DNA of 32,000 nucleotides from Geobacter metallireducens GS-15 (GCF_000012925.1 NC_007517.1:3090001-3122000); one strand, 5' to 3'. Shown: positions 17,223 to 24,768, counted from the stretch's first letter. Program-made: numbers and translations. Notes: generated from the sequence alone by a model not told the origin.

Positions 17223-19069
17223 GCCGGGTCGGCGACGTTCGGCGGGACAGGGGGTGTTTCGCTGCCAAGGGTGAATGAGAAGCAGGCGCCTTCCCCGGGC
17301 CTTCCCTCGGCCCGGATGGTACCGCCGTGGCGATGGATGACCCGTTGCACCGTTGTCAGCCCGATGCCGATCCCCTCGAACTCTTCGGCGGAGTGGAGCC
17401 GCTGGAAGGCGCCGAAGAGCTTCCCCACGTACCGCATGTCGAACCCGGCGCCGTTATCGCGGATGAAATACACCGTCTCGCCGTTTGCCTCGGCGGTGCC
17501 GAACTCGATCCGCGCATCCTCCTTGTTGGCGGTGTACTTCCAGGAATTGTGGAGGAGGTTGGTCATGACCACCCCCATCAGCACGGGATCGGCATGCACC
17601 CGGACCCCTTCGGTGATCCTGAAGGCCACGCTGCGGGCAGGTTCGGACAGAGCGAGATCCTCGGCCACCTTGCGTACCATCCGCGACAGGTCGAGGGAAA
17701 CGCGCCTCAGGGGCTCCCGTGACAGCCGCGACAGGTTCAGCAGCGCGTCTATCAGCTGCTCCATCTTGGCGGTGGCCGCTCTGATCCGCTCCAGGTAACC
17801 GTGGGCCTCGTCGTTGATCTCCCGGCAGTAATCTTCCACGAGCAGGGCGCTGTATCCCTCGATATGACGCAACGGAGCCCGCAGGTCATGGGACACCGAA
17901 TAGCAGAAGCTCTCCAGCTCCCGGTTGCTGGCCTCCAGTTGGGCCGTCCGCTCATGGACCCGCCGCTCCAGTTCGGTGTTGAGCCGGCGGATCTCCTCCT
18001 CGCTCCGCAACCGCTGGATGGCAAGGGCCAAAAACTCCGACATCCGGCAGATGGCGTCGAGGTCCGGGTCCGTGTAATCGCGCGGAGGATTGGCGAGGGA
18101 AATCTGGGCGACGAGGGCGTGGCCGAAAACCACCGGCACCGACAGGAACCGGAGAACGGCAATATGCCCCTGCGGCACCCCCTTGGCGGCCCCATGGCGG
18201 GAGGGGTTGTTGGTGTAGAACGGCTTACGCGTGTTGAGGGAGTGCCCCCACAGTCCCCCATAGTGCCCGGCGGCATCGGGTACAAATGCCAGGTTCCTCC
18301 CCGGGGAGGCAAAACAGTCGATTCCCTCCATCATGTCGGTGGTGAGGTTCAACTGCATGACGCCGGTTTCCGACTCGACGATTCCCACGTAACCGTGGTC
18401 GCTCCCGGTCAACTCCTTGGCCTTTTCCAGGACGATGAGCGCTATGTCCCTGAACGTGGCGTAGGTGGAGATGAGGGGGGGATAGAGTTCGGCCAGGGCG
18501 GCATCCACCCGCGCCTGCCACAGCAGCTTCTCGGTCCGCTCCGCCACTTTCCGCTCCAGGTCCTTGTAGAGGAGACTGTTGCGGAGCACGAGGGACAGAA
18601 CGCCCGAAAGCCGTGCCAGGGAGGCGTAGATGGTGTCGAGGCCGGTGCTCTCCATGACCCCCAGCAGCATGAGGACGCCGACCCTTTCACCGCCGGCATC
18701 GAGGGGGAAGACCAGGCTGTCGGATTCTTCCGCCGGGGCGAGAAGCTCCTTCGCCTCCGGCGGGCTCTCCCCGGACGACCAGACAACGGGCCCATGAACG
18801 GCATGGCTTCGTGCGGCAAGACGCCGCAAGGATTCCGGGCGCTCCCCCCCTTGCGCCCGGCCGGGGCAGACACTCACCAGTTCATACGCCGGCCGCTCGG
18901 AAGACGGGACGCACTGCATCAGCGCCACAATCCGCACCCCGATCAGCTCGCGGATCTGCGCCGTGATGTAGCTGCCGCACTCCCCCGGGTTCTCCGCCAG
19001 CCGCAGGACATTCTCCAGCAACTCCACAAAGAGGAAATTCAACGACTTGCGATAGGAGTCGTCACTCAT
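17219..19069 (-). CDS. Cytoplasmic sensor histidine kinase with tandem GAF-like N-terminal domains
   Basis: H-box [20 protein letters not shown]-box MTNLLHNSWKYT, and G-boxes DNGAGFD and GIGIGLTTV. The N-terminal ~380 aa has no TM segment and is GAF-like. I chose the ATG at 19069 (MSDDSYRK...), which overlaps the DUF1638 stop by 8 nt. Confidence 0.85.
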   Translation of the reverse strand: MSDDSYRKSLNFLFVELLENVLRLAENPGECGSYITAQIRELIGVRIVALMQCVPSSERPAYELVSVCPGRAQGGERPESLRRLAARSHAVHGPVVWSSGESPPEAKELLAPAEESDSLVFPLDAGGERVGVLMLLGVMESTGLDTIYASLARLSGVLSLVLRNSLLYKDLERKVAERTEKLLWQARVDAALAELYPPLISTYATFRDIALIVLEKAKELTGSDHGYVGIVESETGVMQLNLTTDMMEGIDCFASPGRNLAFVPDAAGHYGGLWGHSLNTRKPFYTNNPSRHGAAKGVPQGHIAVLRFLSVPVVFGHALVAQISLANPPRDYTDPDLDAICRMSEFLALAIQRLRSEEEIRRLNTELERRVHERTAQLEASNRELESFCYSVSHDLRAPLRHIEGYSALLVEDYCREINDEAHGYLERIRAATAKMEQLIDALLNLSRLSREPLRRVSLDLSRMVRKVAEDLALSEPARSVAFRITEGVRVHADPVLMGVVMTNLLHNSWKYTANKEDARIEFGTAEANGETVYFIRDNGAGFDMRYVGKLFGAFQRLHSAEEFEGIGIGLTTVQRVIHRHGGTIRAEGRPGEGACFSFTLGSETPPVPPNVADPA

Positions 19070-19643
19070 TGAAACCCTCCAGCGCCTTCCTGACGGCATC
19101 GGCCAGGCGATCAGGCGCAACCGCCTTAACCTCCACCGGCAATCCGACGTAACACCCTATCTCCGCAAGGGTTTCCGCAGGCACCGGCACCACTCCCGTA
19201 TCGAGATAGAAGATGCGGCGATGCATCTCCTGCATGAAGAGCCGCGCGCTTTCAGGGGTAACGAAACCAAGCCGCTCCCGGAATACCTCCCGCCAGCGCG
19301 CGGTCCATTCGGGAAGCAGGAAAAAGGCCCCTTCTCTCCGCAACCGCCGGTATTCCTCCCTCCCCAGCACCAGCTCGCAGCAGTTGTGCCCCTTCACCCG
19401 GCAGGCCCCCTCGCGGGACGCAAGCAGGTCCATCCGGGCTTGGCAGTCGCCGAAGAGCAGCACGATGCGCTGTCCGGCGAGGGATTGAACAAGGGCCGTC
19501 AGGGCCTGCTCCAGACGCTCCGGCTCCATGTGGAGCATGGAATCCAGAAACCTCACGGGCCAGGGGAATTTCCCCGCCCGCCCGAGGGCCGCCAGCTCAT
19601 CACGGAAGATGCCGCAGCTGACGACCAGCACATCGGCCGGCAT
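19062..19643 (-). CDS. DUF1638 domain protein
   Basis: VLVVSCGIFRDEL...LDSMLHM.PE.L...LLFGDC...NCCELVLG matches the pattern I associate with DUF1638, which is commonly next to corrinoid methyltransferase genes. The ATG at 19643 has a GAGGGG SD; the track start at 19658 is a GTG. Confidence 0.7.
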   Translation of the reverse strand: MPADVLVVSCGIFRDELAALGRAGKFPWPVRFLDSMLHMEPERLEQALTALVQSLAGQRIVLLFGDCQARMDLLASREGACRVKGHNCCELVLGREEYRRLRREGAFFLLPEWTARWREVFRERLGFVTPESARLFMQEMHRRIFYLDTGVVPVPAETLAEIGCYVGLPVEVKAVAPDRLADAVRKALEGFNE

Positions 19644-19654
19644 GGTTTCGCCCC

Positions 19655-20677
19655 TCACCGCCCGCCTCCGTGCCCCTCGACCGCGGCCCGCACGGCAAGC
19701 AACGTTTCCAGCGGCGTATCGAGGGGAACGTCCGCGGATGACGACGCCAGGACAAAGTGGGGGTCATCCCGGCGGTCGGCAAGGATCGCGGCGGCCCTCG
19801 CCCCTGCCTGTTCCGGGGTAAGCCGGTTCAGGACCGGCCCGTTCAGGTTGCCGAGGATCAGCTTCTCCTCTCCCACGATGGAGCGGGCCGCGGCGAAGCT
19901 GTCGCCGGGGCCGATGACGAACCCCGCCACATTGGGAAGATCCTTCACAAGCGGCAAGAACGGCATGGCCGGGTTGCCCCCGTGATGGAGGATGATGGGG
20001 ATGGGGGTTCGGGCGAAGGCCTGCGCCAGCGGCGGGACGATGGAACGGGAAATGACCTCGGGAGTAACGAGCGTCGGATTTGCCAGCATGAGGGGAATGG
20101 CGATGCAGGCGGCACCTGCCGCGGCCAGTGCCCCGGCCATGGCGGCAAAGTGCTCCGTGGCGGCTGCCAGCACCGTTTCCGCCAGCGCCGGCTCGAAGAG
20201 GAGTGTTTCAAGCCATCCGTCGAGCCCCATGAGCATGGCCGGCAGATCCACCGGCGCGGTGAGGACCCCGGCCAGGGGAACGCTCCCGCAAAAATGGTCC
20301 GCCAGCCGCCGGACGCTCTCGCAAAGGTAGGCAAGGCCGGGACAGGTATCAATGGCGGGAGGGGACAGGGATGCGGCGTCGCGGGGCGCGCGGAAAGGAT
20401 GCCTGCGGACCATGGGGGGACCGTCGGGATGGTAGCGAAGTTCGGCGCCGTATGCCTCGGCCTCCAGGGCCAGGGCGAAGGGTGCGAAGATGATGTCGGG
20501 GGAAACGAGCTCGGCAACCCGCACCTGCCCTTGGGCGTAGAGGGCCGGATCGGCATAGTAGCTGGCCAGGGGGGCGTTGATCAACCGGGCGCCGTAGAGG
20601 CTCAGGGTCAGGGCAAAAGGTGGCCGGTCAGGCTTTTCTCCGGTGAAGACGGCCATGACCCTCTCGGCGGCGGTCAT
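19655..20677 (-). CDS. Uroporphyrinogen-decarboxylase-superfamily protein, MtaA/MT2-like, lacking the Zn-ligand cysteines
   Basis: A 340-aa product starts at MTAAERVMAVFTGEKPDRPPF. The ATG at 20677-20675 overlaps the corrinoid gene's TGA (ATGA). The track's 511-aa version over-extends into the upstream gene. ILHHGGN sits where MT2 enzymes have H-x-C. Confidence 0.75.
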   Translation of the reverse strand: MTAAERVMAVFTGEKPDRPPFALTLSLYGARLINAPLASYYADPALYAQGQVRVAELVSPDIIFAPFALALEAEAYGAELRYHPDGPPMVRRHPFRAPRDAASLSPPAIDTCPGLAYLCESVRRLADHFCGSVPLAGVLTAPVDLPAMLMGLDGWLETLLFEPALAETVLAAATEHFAAMAGALAAAGAACIAIPLMLANPTLVTPEVISRSIVPPLAQAFARTPIPIILHHGGNPAMPFLPLVKDLPNVAGFVIGPGDSFAAARSIVGEEKLILGNLNGPVLNRLTPEQAGARAAAILADRRDDPHFVLASSSADVPLDTPLETLLAVRAAVEGHGGGR

Positions 20678-21384
20678 TGCTCCCCCCCGGCGTCCAGCGA
20701 GCGTTCCCAGAGGGATTTGAAGAGAACAGGCGCATCCATGGCGCTGCCGGCCGTGCCGTCTCCCCCCACCTCCGCCACCAGCTCGGGACGGACCTTGAAA
20801 ACGGCCCCCCCCACCGCAAGCATGATCCTGCCGGAGAGTCCCCGTCGGTCGAGCTCGTCGCGCACCCCGCGGATTCCCCGGGCAGTGACGAACATCATGG
20901 CCGAAACCCCGATAACCCGCGCGCCCGTTTCCACGGCCCGGTCGACGAATTCGGCGGGGCTCACGTCGTTTCCCATGTCGATCACGGCCCATCCGGCTGC
21001 CCGGAGGAAGGTGCCGACCATGCCGCGGCCAAGGGAATGGTAATCGTCCTCGATGTTGCCGATCACCACCGGCCCCTTGACCTCGCCGAACACCCCCTTC
21101 GGGGCGGCGGCCAGGGCCTTGTTCAGGATATCCTCGGCCACCTTCCCGGCCACAAAGCCCTGGGCCAGGGAGATAGCCTCCCGCTCCCACCGGTCGCCCA
21201 CCGTCCGAAGAACCGGCTCAAGGATCTCCGCAATGGCGTCCCCATAGCCGTGAACGGCCGCCCACTGGTCCACGAGACGGCTTGCCCCGTCCCGGTCGGC
21301 ATCGTTGATACGCCGCAACACTTCAGCGACAAGCTTCTGAAGCGTCGTCCCCTCTCCGGTCATATCAGGCATCGGCGCCGCCAT
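20674..21384 (-). CDS. Corrinoid (cobalamin B12-binding domain) protein, MtaC/MtbC-like
   Basis: An N-terminal helical cap domain is followed by a Rossmann-like domain. The B12-binding signature is GNIEDDYHSLGRGMV (DxHxxG), then VIGVSAM and GG. The start could be the ATG at 21384 or 21399. I prefer 21384 given the sigma54 promoter geometry and a GGGGTGA SD. Confidence 0.8.
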   Translation of the reverse strand: MAAPMPDMTGEGTTLQKLVAEVLRRINDADRDGASRLVDQWAAVHGYGDAIAEILEPVLRTVGDRWEREAISLAQGFVAGKVAEDILNKALAAAPKGVFGEVKGPVVIGNIEDDYHSLGRGMVGTFLRAAGWAVIDMGNDVSPAEFVDRAVETGARVIGVSAMMFVTARGIRGVRDELDRRGLSGRIMLAVGGAVFKVRPELVAEVGGDGTAGSAMDAPVLFKSLWERSLDAGGEQ

Positions 21385-21417
21385 GTTCACCCCGTTCATC
21401 GTGGACTACACTAAGCG

Positions 21418-21434
21418 ATGCAAACTAAATGCCA
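21418..21434 (-). promoter_or_regulatory. Sigma54 (-24/-12) promoter upstream of the corrinoid protein gene
   Basis: The minus strand reads TGGCAT-TTAGT-TTGCAT. The consensus is TGGCAC-N5-TTGCW, so the GG and GC elements are correctly spaced. Confidence 0.65.
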
Positions 21435-21438
21435 TAAA

Positions 21439-21455
21439 GTTGCAATTATTGCAAC
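21439..21455. promoter_or_regulatory. Perfect 17-bp palindrome centred on the E2 stop codon
   Basis: GTTGCAAT-T-ATTGCAAC on the forward strand. The E2 TAA (21446-21448) is at its centre. It lies 5 nt upstream of the sigma54 -24 element. Confidence 0.5.
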
Positions 21456-22741
21456 AACATCAGGACAGGTTTTTCAACGATGCGCCGGAACTCCCCGAGG
21501 AACCGGGCCGCGTAGGCGCCGTCAACGATCCGGTGGTCACAGGAGAGGGTCACCCGCATGGTCTTCGCCGCCACCACCCGGCCGTCCCGGACCACCGGGC
21601 GGTCAGCCACGTTCCCCACGGCCAGGATTGCGGCCTGGGGCGGGAAGATCACCGCTGCGAACTCATCGATGCCGAACATCCCCAGGTTCGAGATGCTGAA
21701 CGTACCGCCGGATATCTCCTCCTGGCTGATCCTGCCGCTGCGGGCCCGGTCCGCGAGGCGCACCGTCTCCAGGGCAATCTCCTTCAGAGCGAGCCCCTGG
21801 CACCCCTTCACCACCGGCACCAGGAGGCCGTCGTCCACCGCCACGGCGATCCCGATGTTCACCTCGCAGTGGGTGACGATCCGGTCGCCGGCGAAGGATG
21901 CGTTCAGCCTCGGATACTTTGCCAGGGCCATGGCCGCCGCCTTGACCACGAGATCGTTAAAGGTGACCTCGTTCCCGCTCCCCTTCAGCTCCCGGACGAT
22001 CTCAACCCCCTCCTCCATGGCGATCTCCACCGTCTCGTAGAAGTGGGGGATGGTCTGCCACGCCTGGCTGGTGACGCGGGCAATGGCGCCCCGCATCCGC
22101 GACAGGGGTTCGCCCTCTGCACCCTCGCCGGTGGCGACAGCACTCTCCGGTGCTGGCTTCTCCGTCAGGTACCGCTCCAGATCCTCCTGGAGAATCCTCC
22201 CCTCGGGGCCGCTGCCGGTCACGAGGCTTAGGTCGATCCCCCGCTCCCGCGCCATCCGCCTAACCACGGGGGCAGCCCGCTCACCCTCGCCGCGTTCCGC
22301 TTCCGGCGGGGCCGGTGCGGACGCCTTCTCCTCGGGAAGCTCCATGACCCGCTCCGGCACGTCACCCGCCGGAGCGGCAGGGGTTGCTTCCGGCGTCGGC
22401 TGCGGTTCGGCTTTCTGCGGCGACGGCTTCGACTCCTCCGGCGATGGCTTGGGCTCCTCCGGCGATGGCGTCGGCTTCTCCGGAGCGACTGGGGGAATCT
22501 CCCCGCCCGCGCCGATGACGCCGATCACCGTCCCCACGGCCACCAGCTCCCCCGGTTTCACCCGCTGCTCGGCGAGGGTTCCCGAGGCGAACGCCTCCAG
22601 CTCCATGGTGGCCTTGTCGGTCTCCACCTCGGCGATGATCTCGCCCCGCTCCACTCGCTCGCCCACGCTCTTCTTCCAGGAAACGAGCCGGCCTTCGGTC
22701 ATGGTATCCGAGAGTTTGGGCATGGTGATATCGGTTGGCAT
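21446..22741 (-). CDS. Dihydrolipoamide acyltransferase (E2) of a 2-oxoacid dehydrogenase complex
   Basis: Lipoyl domain (MPKLSDTMTEG...VETDKATMELEA), Pro/Glu/Lys linker, PSBD (AAPVVRRMARERGIDL..V.GSGP.GRI) and catalytic domain with CDHRIVDGA. Confidence 0.95.
   Translation of the reverse strand: MPTDITMPKLSDTMTEGRLVSWKKSVGERVERGEIIAEVETDKATMELEAFASGTLAEQRVKPGELVAVGTVIGVIGAGGEIPPVAPEKPTPSPEEPKPSPEESKPSPQKAEPQPTPEATPAAPAGDVPERVMELPEEKASAPAPPEAERGEGERAAPVVRRMARERGIDLSLVTGSGPEGRILQEDLERYLTEKPAPESAVATGEGAEGEPLSRMRGAIARVTSQAWQTIPHFYETVEIAMEEGVEIVRELKGSGNEVTFNDLVVKAAAMALAKYPRLNASFAGDRIVTHCEVNIGIAVAVDDGLLVPVVKGCQGLALKEIALETVRLADRARSGRISQEEISGGTFSISNLGMFGIDEFAAVIFPPQAAILAVGNVADRPVVRDGRVVAAKTMRVTLSCDHRIVDGAYAARFLGEFRRIVEKPVLMLLQ
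22420..22482. repeat. Three imperfect 21-bp tandem repeats inside the E2 linker
   Basis: The units are gcgacggcttcgactcctccg, gcgatggcttgggctcctccg and gcgatggcgtcggcttctccg. They encode the PEE(P/S)KPS-type linker repeats. Confidence 0.8.
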
Positions 22742-22754
22742 CCGTGCCTCCTTG

Positions 22755-23741
22755 TCAGTATTTCTGACTCATTACGTCCCGAACCGCTGCGGCGATGGTC
22801 TCCACCTGCGGGATGCAGAGCTTCTCGATCTTGCGCGAGTAAGGCATGGGGACGTCGAGCCCCGACACCCGCCGCACCGGCGCCAGGAGCCGGTCGAAGC
22901 ACTCCTCGGCGATGATGGAGGCCAGGTGCCCCCCGAGGCCGGCGGCGCGCCAGCACTCCTCCACCACCACGGCCCGGCCGGTCTTCTGCACCGAGGCAAC
23001 AAAGGTCTCCGTGTCCAGGGGCGCCAGGGTCCGCAGGTCCACCACCTCGCAGGAGCTCCCCTCCTTCTCCAGTTCCGCCGCCGCCTGCAGCGCCAGGATG
23101 GTCATGCGCGAATAGGCGACGATGGTCACATCCTTCCCCTCCCGCTTCACCTCGGCCTTCCCCAGGGGGACCAGGAACTCCGGGTCGTCGGGCACCTCCC
23201 CCTTGCTGTTGTAGAGGAGCTCGTGCTCCAGGAACATCACCGGGTTGTTGTCGCGGATGGAGGCCTTCAGGAGCCCCCGGGCGTCGGCAGGCGTCGCCGG
23301 CACCGCCACATGGATGCCGGGGCAGTGCATGAAGTAGGTTTCCAGGCTCTGGGAGTGCTGGGCCCCCAGCTGGCTCCCACCGCCCCCCGGGGCGCGGACC
23401 ACCATGGGGAGATGGGTCTGCCCCCCGAACATGGAGCTGATCTTGGCCATGTGGTTCACGATCTGGTCCATGGCCAGGAGGGCGAAGTTCACCGTCATCA
23501 GTTCCGCCACGGGCCTCAAGCCACCCATGGCCGCCCCGATGGAGACGCCGATGATGGTGTTCTCGGAGATGGGGGTATCCTTCACCCGCTCCTCGCCGAA
23601 CTCGGCCAGAAGCCCCCGGGTCACCTTGAAGGAGCCCTCGTACAGGGCCACGTCCTCCCCCCAGGCAACCACGGACGGGTCGCGCCGCATCTCTTCTTTC
23701 AGGGCCTTGTTCAGGGCATCGCGGTAGGTCATTTCATGCAT
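22755..23741 (-). CDS. 2-oxoacid (pyruvate/acetoin-type) dehydrogenase E1 beta subunit
   Basis: MTYRDALNKALKEEM...V...GEDV..Y.G.FKVT.GL...FG..RV.DTPISE is the typical transketolase-like E1-beta pattern. An AAGGAGG SD precedes the downstream E2. Confidence 0.95.
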   Translation of the reverse strand: MHEMTYRDALNKALKEEMRRDPSVVAWGEDVALYEGSFKVTRGLLAEFGEERVKDTPISENTIIGVSIGAAMGGLRPVAELMTVNFALLAMDQIVNHMAKISSMFGGQTHLPMVVRAPGGGGSQLGAQHSQSLETYFMHCPGIHVAVPATPADARGLLKASIRDNNPVMFLEHELLYNSKGEVPDDPEFLVPLGKAEVKREGKDVTIVAYSRMTILALQAAAELEKEGSSCEVVDLRTLAPLDTETFVASVQKTGRAVVVEECWRAAGLGGHLASIIAEECFDRLLAPVRRVSGLDVPMPYSRKIEKLCIPQVETIAAAVRDVMSQKY

Positions 23742-23773
23742 GGGAAACCTCCGTTACTATAACGGCTGAGAGC

Positions 23774-23792
23774 ACAGCGGGTTCACCGCTGT
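23774..23792. repeat. Hairpin ACAGCGG-gttca-CCGCTGT at the E1-beta-proximal edge of the low-GC cassette
   Basis: A 7-bp stem with a 5-nt loop, read directly. It shares the core AGCGG(G)TTCAC with the palindrome at 24735-24768. Confidence 0.6.
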
Positions 23793-23836
23793 TGCGCTTG
23801 GTTGAATAGTATTCTGCACCTCATCCTGTTCTGCTA

Positions 23837-24328
23837 CTAATCCATAGAAATGAGTTTCAAAGTTCTCTCCGGCAAAGATTTCTGTCTATTTCCCTCTATA
23901 AGCTCTTCAGTGATTGTTAGCATAAGTTGTGTAAACTTGTTCTGACTTATAAGTTTGTCACGAGTATCAGGGCTGTGCCAAGCCTGCTTTAACAACTCTG
24001 TTGCATGATGGTGAATCATAAGTGCTATTGGTTTTGACATGGATGGGAATTGTTCTAATATTTTAGATTTTGTTTCATCAATACTTTGCAAGAACTCGCT
24101 GAACTGTTTTGTTTTGTGTTGCTCTTCTATTTGTACCCGTACTTTATGCTCTTCAAACCTTGTCTGTAATTCCTCTATTTCATGACGCAATTTCACATCA
24201 GCTAAATCTTTGTCTCTCTTGAGCTTGTTCAAGTCGTCATTGTGTTTTTTTTGCCATTCCAGCGATTCACTCTTGATTGTTTCAAGTAAACCCGCTACGA
24301 AACTTCCGAGATCTTGACCTGCTGACAT
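23837..24328 (-). CDS. Hypothetical soluble coiled-coil protein (163 aa), low-GC cassette gene 2
   Basis: ORF with an AGGAGG SD (aggaggtaagtcATG), 3 nt after gene 1's stop. Lys/Glu-rich heptad-like sequence. I recognise no domain. Confidence 0.7.
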   Translation of the reverse strand: MSAGQDLGSFVAGLLETIKSESLEWQKKHNDDLNKLKRDKDLADVKLRHEIEELQTRFEEHKVRVQIEEQHKTKQFSEFLQSIDETKSKILEQFPSMSKPIALMIHHHATELLKQAWHSPDTRDKLISQNKFTQLMLTITEELIEGNRQKSLPERTLKLISMD

Positions 24329-24331
24329 GAC

Positions 24332-24703
24332 TTACCTCCTAAATTTATTTAGATTCTCATATACGTTCTTAACATTCGAATTTAGTAACACATTGTAAAG
24401 GGAATACAATTTTTGCGCTTTCACTTCATCTACGTATGACTGTACTAAGTTCTCCAAGTCATCAAAAAAGCGCGGAGGAATATCCCTCTGGAATTTGTAC
24501 AATAAAGGCTTAACATATGAGGCTAGTTCATTCATGTTAGCCCGTTGTATCTCTGTTACCTTACCGTCACGTCTATCTTCTTCACGTGATGCGCACTCTT
24601 GGCTGAATTTTTCAAATTTTTGTTTTTGACGTTCCAAGCGAGTCTCTTTCATATAATACCAAACCGCCCAGATGATAATTCCTAAGATGACAATCTCTAA
24701 CAT
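24332..24703 (-). CDS. Hypothetical single-pass membrane protein (123 aa), low-GC cassette gene 1
   Basis: The N-terminal TM helix MLEIVILGIIIWAVWYYM is followed by KETRLERQKQK (positive-inside) and a charged helical cytoplasmic domain. GGAGA SD. I recognise no domain. Confidence 0.7.
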   Translation of the reverse strand: MLEIVILGIIIWAVWYYMKETRLERQKQKFEKFSQECASREEDRRDGKVTEIQRANMNELASYVKPLLYKFQRDIPPRFFDDLENLVQSYVDEVKAQKLYSLYNVLLNSNVKNVYENLNKFRR

Positions 24704-24734
24704 TTCTGTTCATTCTCCAGTTCAACTCGTGATT

Positions 24735-24768
24735 GAGCGGTTCACGCGCGCACGCGCGTGAACCGCTC
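24735..24768. repeat. Perfect 16+16 bp GC-rich palindrome at the distal edge of the low-GC cassette
   Basis: GAGCGGTTCACGCGCG-CA-CGCGCGTGAACCGCTC. There is no adjacent T-tract on either strand. Confidence 0.85.

Noticed and set aside
19655-21190. The 511-aa version of the MT2-like ORF
   Set aside because: Its N-terminal 171 aa overlaps the corrinoid gene in another frame and is Gly/Arg-rich nonsense. The ATGA junction at 20674-20677 gives a clean 340-aa UroD-like protein.
17801-23762. Long + strand ORFs (17801..19072, 19757..21043, 20677..21414, 21383..22231, 22050..23762)
   Set aside because: All are antisense to the confidently identified kinase, MT2-like, corrinoid, E2 and E1-beta genes, so they are shadow ORFs.
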